Notes: a model not told the origin generated them from the letters alone. A DNA stretch of 36,459 nt from a virus (IMGVR_UViG_3300007363_000050:1-36459); one strand, 5' to 3'. Shown: positions 1-8,839, counted from the stretch's first letter. A program made the numbers and translations.

Positions 1-48
1 GCGGAGCGTGAAGACCGGCGCGTCGCCCAGGATTTCCTGCTTGTCCGG
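1..48. repeat. Terminal overlap identical to 36412-36459 (circular contig, unit length 36411 bp)
   Basis: Exact 48-nt match GCGGAGCGTG...CTTGTCCGG at both ends; the terS reading frame continues across the junction. Confidence 0.95.
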
Positions 49-435
49 GGCGTCAAGGCCAAGATACTTGGCGCGGCGTTCCTGCACGCGGAGGAGCGTG
101 GCAATCGCGGCCGTATCGCCATCCGCTGCCTTCGGCCACAGCGCGGAGACGTAGTCGTCCAGCCGCCGCAGTTCGAGGTCGCGCACGGCTTCGGCGTCCT
201 CCGTGGTCAGCGTGCGGAGGGCCGAGAGTTCAGCTTGCACGTCGGCATACGCCACTTCGACCGAGACGCCAAGGCGTTTGCCAATCTGCCGATACGTCAG
301 CCCTTCACGCCGCAGACTCAGAGCCTGCGCGCGGCGCTCGACAATCTGCGTCTCCTCGGCCGTGTGCGGCGGGCGGCGCTTGTCGCTTTTCGTTTTCGCC
401 TTGCGATATGGCGCGATGGGCTTGGTGACCGGCAT
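1..435 (-). CDS. terS: Terminase small subunit / HTH packaging protein, 151 aa; spans the origin and ends at 36391
   Basis: Manual translation from ATG 435: MPVTKPIAPYRKAK...ALSLRREGLTYRQIGKRLGVS...RRLD...ERRAKYLGLDAP...LRIDRGDG*; HTH motif; its 3' end overlaps the terL start. Confidence 0.8.
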   Translation of the reverse strand, partial: MPVTKPIAPYRKAKTKSDKRRPPHTAEETQIVERRAQALSLRREGLTYRQIGKRLGVSVEVAYADVQAELSALRTLTTEDAEAVRDLELRRLDDYVSALWPKAADGDTAAIATLLRVQERRAKYLGLDAPDKQEILGDAPVFTLR

Positions 436-440
436 GCAGT

Positions 441-644
441 CTACTCGGTGGGTGCCGTGTCCGTCTCCACCACCGTCTCGGTGGCGTCATCCATCGTGTA
501 GGTCTTGGCCGGGTCCAGCCCCGCCTCACGCAGCGCGGTGTCGAACGCGTGCTTGGTCTGCGCGGCCAGCACTTCCAGCTTCATCTGGGCGTTCTGATGC
601 TGCACGACCGCCGCCTTCAGCTTCCAATAATTGTTGACGCGCAT
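441..644 (-). CDS. Hypothetical protein, 67 aa
   Basis: GGAGG SD; TAATG coupling with the upstream ORF. Confidence 0.75.
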   Translation of the reverse strand: MRVNNYWKLKAAVVQHQNAQMKLEVLAAQTKHAFDTALREAGLDPAKTYTMDDATETVVETDTAPTE

Positions 645-901
645 TATTCCTCCACGTCCGGCGGGGCAGGCGGGGCTACGGGCAGGGCTACCGGGATGCC
701 CGTCTGCGCCTCAATCATGGGCAACATCTGGGTCACGTAGGCCAGCACGTTGGCGACCACCGCCGGGTCGTCGACCGTGTAGCCACGGCTGCCAACGACG
801 CCCAGCACGTCGTCTTCGATGTTGATGGTGTAGTTCAGCGTGGTCGTGCCATCGAGCCGAAACTGGGCCGCGGCCTGAAGCAAAGTGCCTGTGAGTGCCA
901 T
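644..901 (-). CDS. Hypothetical protein, 85 aa (possible fibre accessory)
   Basis: GGAG SD; directly follows the large fibre gene. Confidence 0.75.
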   Translation of the reverse strand: MALTGTLLQAAAQFRLDGTTTLNYTINIEDDVLGVVGSRGYTVDDPAVVANVLAYVTQMLPMIEAQTGIPVALPVAPPAPPDVEE

Positions 902-912
902 GGGTCTCTCCG

Positions 913-3900
913 TTAGGTGGCGTTCGTCGTCGCCAGTAAGTAGTATACCGTGCCGTTCACTTTGAGCGCGATTTTGTGGGTCACCGTCGTGCTGGTGATA
1001 CCCGCATTGGTCACACCAGAACCCTCACAGTAGATAGCGGGAATGGTATTCCCAGCGCTGCGGTCGACGCTGTAGACCTGCACGGTGTCTGCAGGGCCGC
1101 TGCTCGGCTCCGTGCCATTCTTGAGGCCCAGCACGCCTGCCGCCGAGGTGCCAAAGGTCGTGACGTTGACGCCGACATTGCCGCTGCCATCGAGGCGCAA
1201 ACGCTCGGAGCCGCCTGTAAATATCGCAATGTTGTTTGCGGACGTCTCTGTCAGATAGGTATCGCCGCCACCGCCAACGCCGTCCAACATGACGCGACTG
1301 CCGCTAGCAATCGCGATATACCCACTAGAGGTAATGCGGAAACGCTCAGCTATGGTGCTTGCATTGGCCGTGGAAAAACGAATGTCTCCTGAAATATTTG
1401 TATCAGATACATACGTCACCGCCACGCCCTGTATGGTCGCAAGCGTTGTGTAATTCGTGCCCCCAAATGCGAGAAACGACATCGTGCCAATCGTGTCCAG
1501 CGACGCCACCGCCGTGGGAGACGCTTGCGTCCCGCGCGCTTTTCTAAACACCGTGGTGCCACCATTGGCGTCGGTACTAAACCGCGTCTGCCGTATCAGC
1601 ACTGTGCCGTCGCGCGCAATTTCAAACCCTTGGCCGAGTGTGCTTGTCACACCAAGACCCATATTGCCGCTGGCGTCTATGCGCAGGCGTTCCGCGCCAC
1701 CTGTGGCAATCGCAACCTCATCCGCGGCAGAGAAAAACACGCCGGTATTCAAATCTCCACTAGTCGTGATTGCTGGCGCACTCGCGGTGCCTGCCGTGAC
1801 GGTCACTGGCCCATCGCTGAACACGTAGCCCGTCGTGGCCCCACCAAACGTGAGCGTATCGGCCGCGTGGGTGATGGTGACATCGCCCGCGTTGAAGTTC
1901 ACGACCGCGCCAGAGGCGAGGAACAGGTCAGACCATGCCGTGCCACTGGCCCCCAGCGCGGCCCCGTCATTCGCCGTCGGGCGCACGGTCGCCGTGCCAA
2001 ACGTGGTCGTTCCGCTGCTGGTGGAGATAACGTCGACGCCTCCGACAACGATGTTGACCGTGTTAGCAGCCGCTTCGACGAGGTAGGTGTCGCCAGTCCC
2101 AGCGATACCATCGAGATATATACGTTTTGTAGCGGCAATGGCTAAGTTCTGAGCGATCGTCACATTGCCTGTCTCAAAAGCGTAGCCAGTAAAAGCGCCA
2201 AAAAACGTTAACTGGTTACTTGCGTGCGTGATGGTGACGTCTCCGGCATTGAAGTCCACCACCGCCCCGCTCGCCAGATACAGATCGCTGTAGGCCGTGC
2301 CAGACACGCCCAGCGCTGCGCCGTCATTGGCCGTTGGGCGAATCGTGCCCGTGGTCGTCAGATTGCCAGACCCCGCCCACGTGGACAGCGCGGTGTTCTC
2401 GACGTTGCTTAGGCCCACGTCGGTCTTAGTCACCGTGTCCCACGCCGGAGCGGCTGAGAGACTGCCCGTGCCGGTCTGCCGCAGGAAGTTGCGCGTGGTC
2501 GTCGTCTGCCCAGCCAGCCGCACATTATCGGTGCCGTCGTGGTAGATAACATCGCCCAGCGTGGTCGTCGGGGCCAGCGCGTCGAAGGCAGTGACCGCGG
2601 TGGTCTGCCCGGTGCCGCCATTGGCAATGGCAACCGTGCCCGTCACATTGGCGGCATTCCCCGCAATGTTGCCGGAAATAGCCGACCCAGGAATACTGGA
2701 GACCGCCGTAAAGGCTGAGCCACCATTGCCCACCAGATAGCCGGTGAGCGACGTTGCGCCGGTGCCCCCGTTTGGGACGCCCAGTGTGCCTGTAAAGCTA
2801 ATATCCGGCGTGGCACCTCCAGACGAGGCCAGCGGCGCAGACGCGGTGACCGCCGTGACGCCACCGCCACCACCGCCACCAGTCGCTGAGAGCGTGCCGC
2901 CCGTAAAGGACAAGTTCGCGCCGATGCTGACCGCGCTGAAGCCTCCAGAGCCGTTGCCATAGAGAATGGCCGTGCCCGAGGTCGCAGGCGCGTAGTCGAC
3001 GCCAGATGTTGCGGCCGTAAATGCCGAGGTGCCGTTGCCCTTGACCAGCCCCGTCAGACTTCCCACGCCGGTGCCGCCATTGGTCACGGCCACCAGCCCG
3101 GTCACGTTGGCCGCATTGCCCGCGATGTTCCCAGAGATGGCCGATCCTGGAATACTGGACACGGCGGTAAACGCCGACGACCCGTTGCCCACCAGGTAAC
3201 CGGTCAACGAGGTTGTGCCCGTGCCGCCGCTGCTGACGGCCAGCGTCTGGGACAGGCCCGCCGCGGTACCCGTGGTGTTCTGGTTGAGCGTAGGCACATC
3301 GGCCGCCTGAATGGCAGACATGACGACGTTGGAGCCGTTGCCCCGCAGATACTGCCCAGAGGTCACCGCTCCGGCGAACGTATTCATGGCAGCTTGCGCG
3401 GTCGACGCGCCGGTGCCGCCGTCGGCAACGGCCAAGTCCGCAATGCCGGAGATGGTGCCGCCGGTAATGGCCACGCTCGTGGCGTTCTGCGTCGACATCG
3501 TGCCCAGCCCGGTAATGTCGCTGCTCGGAATCGTGGACGCCGCGGTCATGGCAGACACGCCGTTTCCCTTGACGTAGCCGGTCAGGCTGGACGCCCCGGT
3601 GCCACCACGGGCCACGCCGAGTTGGCCCGTCCATCCCAGCGTGAGCGAGGTGTCGTTCACGAGCGCCGCCGACGGACTGCCGCCGAGCGTGAGCGTGACG
3701 TTCGTGTCGTCTGTCTTGGTCAGCGCACCAGGTGAGGCATTGACCCAGAGCGTGTTGCCCGCGTTGCGCTTGAAGAGTTGCCCTGCCGTCGGGCTGGTGA
3801 TGAGGACGTCGTGCAGTTCTTCCAGTTCCTGCCCATTGACGACCGAGACGTATAGGATGCCAGCGCCGCCCGGAGCCTGTCGCACGCATAGCCCCATAAA

Positions 3901-4779
3901 GACGCCATGCGCGGGCTGCGTGGGGCGCGTGCTGGTCAGTTCTCCAGCAGTCTCTGAGAGCCATACCAGCGCGCCTTCGGTCAGCGCGTTCGTATTGATG
4001 CCACGCAAAATGCCAGTGATACAGACGAATCCCTCAGCCGTGTGGGCGATGCTTTCTGCGGTGATGCCAAGCGTCGTGGCGGCGGTCAGTTCTCCGGATG
4101 CATCAGCTAGCGCCACTTCTGGCCGGTCGCCATGTGCGCCGAGGATATAGACCGCTTTCCCTTTGGCGATCGTCGTGCCGGTGCGGTTGATAACACGCAC
4201 CAGCTCTTGCGCGCCCAGTCGGTAACTCACATTTGCGTTGAGTGCCAACGTGAGCGTGCTGTCCGTGGTGTCCCACGCCATTGGCGCGGCACCGCCGTCC
4301 CAGTTGATGGCCCCTGCACTTGGCACAGCTACGCCGGTGACCGTGCCTCCGGTGATGGCCACGCTGGTAGCGTTTTGCAGGGCCATCGTGCCAAGGCCAG
4401 AGACGGCACTATTCGGGATTGTCAGTGACGCTGTGAACGGGCTACTTCCATTGCCGTAAACGTAGCCCGTCAGGCTCGACGCGCCGGTGCCACCATTGGC
4501 GACACCGACAATTCCGCTGAGGCTGATATTGGGGCTGAGACTGCCCACCACCGACAGCGGTGACGACGCCGTAATGGACTGCACTGCGCCTGGCACTCCC
4601 TGCGGCCCCTGTGGGCCTTCTGGTCCCTGCGGGCCAATGGCCCCGACGGACGCCACAACCGTGACGGTAGTGCCGTTGTCGATAACCTCAACGACGTTTG
4701 GCTGGTCGACGTTGTCGACGCTGCGCTGGTCCTCGTCGACGTTGACCGTGTTGGGCCGGTCATGATACTCCACGCTCAT
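913..4779 (-). CDS. Large Gly/Thr/Ser-rich fibre protein, 1288 aa (tail or head fibre)
   Basis: Short collagen-like GPQ stretch, many xxNGGTG repeats, duplicated RPTANDGAALG...SDLxLASGAVVxFNAGDVTITH module, ERLRI/ERLRL-xxxGN fibre motifs. Confidence 0.85.
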   Translation of the reverse strand: MSVEYHDRPNTVNVDEDQRSVDNVDQPNVVEVIDNGTTVTVVASVGAIGPQGPEGPQGPQGVPGAVQSITASSPLSVVGSLSPNISLSGIVGVANGGTGASSLTGYVYGNGSSPFTASLTIPNSAVSGLGTMALQNATSVAITGGTVTGVAVPSAGAINWDGGAAPMAWDTTDSTLTLALNANVSYRLGAQELVRVINRTGTTIAKGKAVYILGAHGDRPEVALADASGELTAATTLGITAESIAHTAEGFVCITGILRGINTNALTEGALVWLSETAGELTSTRPTQPAHGVFMGLCVRQAPGGAGILYVSVVNGQELEELHDVLITSPTAGQLFKRNAGNTLWVNASPGALTKTDDTNVTLTLGGSPSAALVNDTSLTLGWTGQLGVARGGTGASSLTGYVKGNGVSAMTAASTIPSSDITGLGTMSTQNATSVAITGGTISGIADLAVADGGTGASTAQAAMNTFAGAVTSGQYLRGNGSNVVMSAIQAADVPTLNQNTTGTAAGLSQTLAVSSGGTGTTSLTGYLVGNGSSAFTAVSSIPGSAISGNIAGNAANVTGLVAVTNGGTGVGSLTGLVKGNGTSAFTAATSGVDYAPATSGTAILYGNGSGGFSAVSIGANLSFTGGTLSATGGGGGGGVTAVTASAPLASSGGATPDISFTGTLGVPNGGTGATSLTGYLVGNGGSAFTAVSSIPGSAISGNIAGNAANVTGTVAIANGGTGQTTAVTAFDALAPTTTLGDVIYHDGTDNVRLAGQTTTTRNFLRQTGTGSLSAAPAWDTVTKTDVGLSNVENTALSTWAGSGNLTTTGTIRPTANDGAALGVSGTAYSDLYLASGAVVDFNAGDVTITHASNQLTFFGAFTGYAFETGNVTIAQNLAIAATKRIYLDGIAGTGDTYLVEAAANTVNIVVGGVDVISTSSGTTTFGTATVRPTANDGAALGASGTAWSDLFLASGAVVNFNAGDVTITHAADTLTFGGATTGYVFSDGPVTVTAGTASAPAITTSGDLNTGVFFSAADEVAIATGGAERLRIDASGNMGLGVTSTLGQGFEIARDGTVLIRQTRFSTDANGGTTVFRKARGTQASPTAVASLDTIGTMSFLAFGGTNYTTLATIQGVAVTYVSDTNISGDIRFSTANASTIAERFRITSSGYIAIASGSRVMLDGVGGGGDTYLTETSANNIAIFTGGSERLRLDGSGNVGVNVTTFGTSAAGVLGLKNGTEPSSGPADTVQVYSVDRSAGNTIPAIYCEGSGVTNAGITSTTVTHKIALKVNGTVYYLLATTNAT

Positions 4780-5129
4780 CGCGTCACCTCGGCTCTCACC
4801 GTGAAGGTCCCCTGCACTAAGCGCGTGACTACCGCTCCGTTCACCAGCTCCAGGTCATAGACATACTTCTGCGGCGGCAGCGTGGTCATGTCCGCGGCCG
4901 TGACAGTCAGCGTGATCGTGCCTGCCGTGCCGCCGAGGGCAATCCGGCCGTTGCTGCTGGTCAGTTCAAGGACCACAGAATCGTTAGCCACCGACGTCCG
5001 GAGTTGCATCCGAGCGGTGTAGCCCGTCAGGTTGACGGCCGCGCCGGTGTCGTCTTTCCACGTGAGCTGGCGCGTGAACGTCGCGCCTTGGTCGGTGATG
5101 ATGTGATACTGCCCTGCTGGTGCGGCCAT
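4776..5129 (-). CDS. Virion structural protein, BppU-like beta-sandwich
   Basis: DQGATF...VNLTGYTARMQLR...YVYDLEL...RLVQG pattern typical of fibre-adjacent phage proteins; ATGA overlap with the fibre gene. Confidence 0.65.
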   Translation of the reverse strand: MAAPAGQYHIITDQGATFTRQLTWKDDTGAAVNLTGYTARMQLRTSVANDSVVLELTSSNGRIALGGTAGTITLTVTAADMTTLPPQKYVYDLELVNGAVVTRLVQGTFTVRAEVTR

Positions 5130-5132
5130 GGG

Positions 5133-5552
5133 TTAACCCTCAAATCTTGGGGACGTTTGGAGTTCATCCAATATTTTGGATTGGATGGCGGCGCGCACCC
5201 ACGCATGGGCCACGCCACTGGTCACGTGCTGGGGGGTGACACGCAGAAAGCGCCACCCGGCGATGGCCAGCGCGGCAATCTTCTCGCAGTCGCCCATGAC
5301 GCCTGCGCCGCGCACGTGTCGGCCCCCGTTCCAGATGCCGCCGTCAATTTCCACGGCCACGCGGTGGTCAGGGAAAGCGATATCTACTCGCCACAGGCGC
5401 ACGGGGTGAAACCGGTATTCAGGCACAGCGCCGAGGTCAGCCGTGAGGGCGAGCAAGGTCGCTTGCGCCTTCGTCAGCTTCGGGCTAATTGCCGGTTTTC
5501 TGCGTGGACGGTTTCCACCCGGCCTTCCGCATGGCTCCGAAGATGTACGCAT
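5133..5552 (-). CDS. PD-(D/E)XK-type endonuclease (Vsr/DUF559-like); start codon uncertain
   Basis: PEYRFHPVRLWRVDIAFP...VAVEIDGG...GRH...DCEK...GWRFLRVT. Confidence 0.8.
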   Translation of the reverse strand: MRTSSEPCGRPGGNRPRRKPAISPKLTKAQATLLALTADLGAVPEYRFHPVRLWRVDIAFPDHRVAVEIDGGIWNGGRHVRGAGVMGDCEKIAALAIAGWRFLRVTPQHVTSGVAHAWVRAAIQSKILDELQTSPRFEG

Positions 5553-5634
5553 CCGCGCGCGCTCCCGTCAGGCCTTTTTTGGCAGCTTCCTTTTTCAGTT
5601 CGGTTTCCATTTTGGCAAACTTGCCTGTAGGCAT
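5485..5634 (-). CDS. Small basic hypothetical protein, 49 aa
   Basis: GAGGAG SD before ATG 5634; MPTGKFAK...ADAYIFGAMRKAGWKP. Confidence 0.7.
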   Translation of the reverse strand: MPTGKFAKMETELKKEAAKKGLTGARADAYIFGAMRKAGWKPSTQKTGN

Positions 5635-5662
5635 GGCCACTCCTCGTGGCATGGTAGCACGG

Positions 5663-5734
5663 TCACCGGTCCAGGTAACCGTCTGCCCAGAGGACCACGA
5701 CGAGGACCGCCCCAAGAATAAGGGCTGCGCTCAC
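5663..5734 (-). CDS. Very small membrane peptide, 23 aa
   Basis: GTGA overlap with the upstream stop; one hydrophobic stretch AALILGAVLVVVLW. Confidence 0.4.
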   Translation of the reverse strand: MSAALILGAVLVVVLWADGYLDR

Positions 5735-6081
5735 GGGCGCGACTGTGCCAGCGCCCGCCGATAGCGAATATCGGCCCGTGCCTGAGCAATGAGCCGTTCG
5801 ATTTCGCTGCTCGGGATGTCGCCAATGGCTGGCGTCCGGAGCTGCTTTTGAAGGTCGTCGAGGCTTCTGGCGTGGACCAGTTGCCCCGGCCGTCGCAAGT
5901 TGGCGGGACGCACCTGCTTGCGCTCCCTGCGGAAGTAGGCGGCGCGATGCTCGCTGTCCACGTAAAGGCGCTGCTTGAGTCCGGGCGAGCCGTCGCGCCA
6001 CGGGATGGTTTGTCCGCAGCCGCACTTGCAGCGTGGGCGGGCCTTGCCGCTATGCGTCGGGGCGAGGGTCTTCTGTGGCAT
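5731..6081 (-). CDS. Hypothetical protein with CxCGCG motif
   Basis: GGAGG SD before ATG 6081; RCKCGCGQ. Confidence 0.65.
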   Translation of the reverse strand: MPQKTLAPTHSGKARPRCKCGCGQTIPWRDGSPGLKQRLYVDSEHRAAYFRRERKQVRPANLRRPGQLVHARSLDDLQKQLRTPAIGDIPSSEIERLIAQARADIRYRRALAQSRP

Positions 6082-6274
6082 CTGGGCCTCCGTGCAGGAC
6101 AAGGTGCAGGGCTTCGTAGAGTTCGCGGATGCTGTAGAGCGGTTCGACAATCCAGTGCTGGCTGCCCCAGTCGTTGGGGTCGTGCGCTGCCAGGTGCCAG
6201 TCCGCGTCAAGGCCTGTGCGGTAGCGCCACGCGGCTGGGGGGCATGGGTAGTAGGTGTCACGCGGTGCGGTCAT
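6050..6274 (-). CDS. Hypothetical protein
   Basis: GGAGG SD before ATG 6274 (MTAPRDTYY...). Confidence 0.65.
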   Translation of the reverse strand: MTAPRDTYYPCPPAAWRYRTGLDADWHLAAHDPNDWGSQHWIVEPLYSIRELYEALHLVLHGGPDATEDPRPDA

Positions 6275-6321
6275 TGTCGCCTCCGTTCTTACGCGTAGAG
6301 TCTGATGCTTGCGCCGAGCCG

Positions 6322-6456
6322 TCATTGTTGCGCGGAGTCATTGCGTCCTCCCGGCTCGTCGACCAGATAGTCGAAACAGACCGACAGCAGCGCCACCAGG
6401 GTCACTACCATGAGACAGGCGGCGGCGATGACGACGCCCCACAGCACCGCCATCAT
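6322..6456 (-). CDS. Small membrane protein, 44 aa
   Basis: ATGA overlap with the upstream stop; MMAVLWGVVIAAACLMVVTLVALLSVCF. Confidence 0.6.
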   Translation of the reverse strand: MMAVLWGVVIAAACLMVVTLVALLSVCFDYLVDEPGGRNDSAQQ

Positions 6457-6728
6457 TGCATCCTCCGCAGGGCTTCGCGGTAGCCACTGTCAGCCGAATG
6501 GTGCGTGATGCCGTCCTTATGCACCTGAAACCGCTTGGCCCGTTCGTAGCGGATGAGGCGTGCCAGACTCTCGTAGACGTTGGCGCTGGTCTCGTCGCCA
6601 TGCCGCGCCGCGTAGGTGCTGCCGCAGACGGCGTGGTGCAGCAACTGATCCATGATGTCCCGGCTCGTCGCCTCGCGGATGTTGCGGCCCCAGCGGTCCA
6701 GGTCGATGGTGGGTGTAGATGGCATCAT
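6453..6728 (-). CDS. Hypothetical protein
   Basis: ATGA-coupled ORF in the early cluster. Confidence 0.7.
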   Translation of the reverse strand: MMPSTPTIDLDRWGRNIREATSRDIMDQLLHHAVCGSTYAARHGDETSANVYESLARLIRYERAKRFQVHKDGITHHSADSGYREALRRMQ

Positions 6729-6943
6729 GCAAGTCTTTCCGCGCCTTTTCGGCGCTGAGCATACCTGATACTGCGAAGCAAATCGTTATAGCGCGCTGCG
6801 TCTTTTGAATGGCCATGCAGTTGTGACCATCTTTCACCAGCCAGTGCACTATTCAGCAGCAGGCCAAAGTCTTCCTCGGTCGCAGCGGCAGCAATCATCC
6901 GCTGCCATTCTTGAATATCTTCTGGCCTCAGCCCCCAGTTCAT
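6725..6943 (-). CDS. Hypothetical protein
   Basis: ATGA-coupled ORF. Confidence 0.7.
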   Translation of the reverse strand: MNWGLRPEDIQEWQRMIAAAATEEDFGLLLNSALAGERWSQLHGHSKDAARYNDLLRSIRYAQRRKGAERLA

Positions 6944-7251
6944 TTATGCAAGGCCTCAAAACTCATCCACCGTGACGGGTAGACGATGGTGTCGTCGTCG
7001 CAATACCAGGTGCCGCCGATCCGGCGCGCGCGGTAGATCTCCTCGCCGTCCTGCACCAGCACGTAGCCCGGACGCGGCGTGTAGAGGTCCATCTCCTGCC
7101 ACCCGTGCGGGTCACGCTGGGCCTGCTGGAGCGCCTCGATGGTGTCAGCCGCCCAGACCATCAGGTCGGCCGTGTAGCGCTGCGCGTGGGCAATGCGGTT
7201 GGCCTGCAGGCGCAGGCACCGCAGATTGACTTCGCCTGGTGTGCAGCTCAT
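6940..7251 (-). CDS. Hypothetical protein; C-terminus resembles DUF551-type phage domains
   Basis: WQEM...P.PGYVLV...W...PSRWM pattern; ATGA coupling. Confidence 0.6.
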   Translation of the reverse strand: MSCTPGEVNLRCLRLQANRIAHAQRYTADLMVWAADTIEALQQAQRDPHGWQEMDLYTPRPGYVLVQDGEEIYRARRIGGTWYCDDDTIVYPSRWMSFEALHK

Positions 7252-8120
7252 CGCTCACCTGCCACACGCCCTCCAGCCGTCAACTGCGATGCACATAACC
7301 GCACAGGATCAATAAGCGGCCACGGGTAATGCACCGAGGTGCCGTACAGCTTCCCGATTGAGTGATACTCCATGAACGCCACGATCGCCCGCTGCGTCTT
7401 ACGAAACGCATCGTGATACGTCGACTGTCGTACCCCCGTCCGCAGCAGCCATTCCCGCAACAGCACCGCTGGCTTGTCTCCGTCGCCACTAGGCAGTTCC
7501 TGCCCACAGAGAATCCGGCAGAAGTCGCCCAGCCTGTCGAGGTCACGCACATAGAACCACGCAAGCACCACCGCGCTCCACACACACGCCGCCGTTACGC
7601 CACGCTGCTTCACCGCAATAAACGGCGCAATGAACTCAAGCGGCGATCGCAGCGTGTCAATCATCTGCGCAACTTCCTGTTTGGACACCTGCCGATTATC
7701 ACCTTTGGCATACCGCATCACGCTCCTGGCAATGGCGACCGTCGTCTGTGTCACTACTTCCCCGCGATCCAAGGAAATCGAGTCCGATGCCGTTCGCTTC
7801 GCGTGGTCGTCCATCGCAATCTGCGATGACGACGGCACCCCCCGTGTCACCACCATCCGTTGCGGCATACCGCTCTCCACGATGGCCGCGAGCCGATGCT
7901 GGCCGTCCAGCAGCGTCCCGTCGCAGTTCAGCGCGATGCCCTGATGCGTCAGCAGCCAACGCCCGGTCTTCATCTCGTCCGCGTAGTGCGCGACGACCGT
8001 GCGGCGCAGCGGTCGGTTGTTCGTGTTTGCGGTTAGCAGTTCAGCCGCACGCACTGGCGTAATATTCTCAATCGTGACATGCATAGTTGTCTCCTCTGAC
8101 GTGTGCTGTTGACCACTCAT
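7248..8120 (-). CDS. ParB/Srx-like DGQHR-motif protein (alternative start ATG 8084)
   Basis: ITPVRAAELL..NTNNRPL...GRW...QGIA...LLDGQHRLAAI; GAGGAG SD before 8084. Confidence 0.8.
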   Translation of the reverse strand: MSGQQHTSEETTMHVTIENITPVRAAELLTANTNNRPLRRTVVAHYADEMKTGRWLLTHQGIALNCDGTLLDGQHRLAAIVESGMPQRMVVTRGVPSSSQIAMDDHAKRTASDSISLDRGEVVTQTTVAIARSVMRYAKGDNRQVSKQEVAQMIDTLRSPLEFIAPFIAVKQRGVTAACVWSAVVLAWFYVRDLDRLGDFCRILCGQELPSGDGDKPAVLLREWLLRTGVRQSTYHDAFRKTQRAIVAFMEYHSIGKLYGTSVHYPWPLIDPVRLCASQLTAGGRVAGER

Positions 8121-8314
8121 CGCTCACCCGCCACGCGGCGCAGGCGTGTCGTGGCCACCTCCTGCCGCTGCTGCCAGTCGTCTTCGTCCCACTTGGCGAG
8201 GCTCACAGAATGAAACTCCAGCTTCCGCGCCAGCCGCCATGCGGCCGTGAAGCCAACCGCCATGCCGACCATTACGCCGAGCATCAAACTTACCCACAGT
8301 GTGTCCGGTGTCAT
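8117..8314 (-). CDS. Small membrane protein, 65 aa
   Basis: GGAGG SD; N-terminal hydrophobic helix. Confidence 0.65.
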   Translation of the reverse strand: MTPDTLWVSLMLGVMVGMAVGFTAAWRLARKLEFHSVSLAKWDEDDWQQRQEVATTRLRRVAGER

Positions 8315-8329
8315 CGCATCATCCTCCGT

Positions 8330-8374
8330 ATGGCCACCCGCGCCAGCCGCCATCGCAGCCAGCGCGGAAGCCAC
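8330..8374 (-). other. Intergenic 20-bp RNA hairpin
   Basis: GUGGCUUCCGCGCUGGCUGC-GAUG-GCGGCUGGCGCGGGUGGCCAU; six G-U pairs, so it folds fully only on the minus strand. Confidence 0.6.
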
Positions 8375-8381
8375 GCCCACA

Positions 8382-8720
8382 TTAGAACGACCGTCCTGTC
8401 AGCATCCGCTCGATGGATGCGCCAGTCATCAGCGACGCGGCCGTGTCACGTGCCACTTGACGGTCGACCTCATCAGATGGGTCGACCATCTGCAACTCGG
8501 TCAGCATCACGTGCCAATCCGTATTGTCGCAGGCCCACCCGTGCATGGCGTCTCTCACGTCGTCATACTCATAGTCCTCAGCCACTCTCTGAAGATCCAG
8601 GATGCGCGCCTCCGTAGCAATCAGCCGCACCACGGTGCCATGAGCGACGCTGAGGGCTACGGCTTGGGCAATGGTCATGGTGTGCGAGTGGGTCATATCG
8701 ATCTGGGGCATGTCTGTCAT
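8382..8720 (-). CDS. Acidic hypothetical protein; first gene after the promoter at 8795
   Basis: CGGAGGACACC-ATG; 112-aa ORF. Confidence 0.8.
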   Translation of the reverse strand: MTDMPQIDMTHSHTMTIAQAVALSVAHGTVVRLIATEARILDLQRVAEDYEYDDVRDAMHGWACDNTDWHVMLTELQMVDPSDEVDRQVARDTAASLMTGASIERMLTGRSF

Positions 8721-8766
8721 GGTGTCCTCCGTTAGTCAGTGTCGGCACCGCCCGCCGACAGAAACC

Positions 8767-8795
8767 ACTTTATAGCCATGCTTTCAGCGTGTCAA
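8767..8795 (-). promoter_or_regulatory. Sigma70-type promoter TTGACA-N17-TAAAGT
   Basis: Consensus -35, 17-nt spacer, AT-rich upstream DNA; followed by a 5'UTR hairpin TGTCGGC-GGGCGGT-GCCGACA (8740-8760). Confidence 0.8.
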
Positions 8796-8839
8796 TAGAT
8801 TTATTGAGCCCCCGAAAGATTTAACATCCTTAACAATTG

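Noticed and set aside
1830-2345. Fibre repeats as a diversity-generating retroelement template/variable pair
   Set aside because: No reverse transcriptase in the genome; differences are mostly synonymous and not adenine-specific
5650-5681. Late promoter TGC-TACCAT upstream of the fibre/terminase block
   Set aside because: Only an extended -10-like match with a poor -35; too weak to call
6258-6341. 27-aa ORF with GGGAGG SD
   Set aside because: Too short and featureless to support as a gene
7248-8120. ParABS plasmid partition system
   Set aside because: No ParA ATPase or parS-like array seen; stand-alone DGQHR proteins are common in phage early regions
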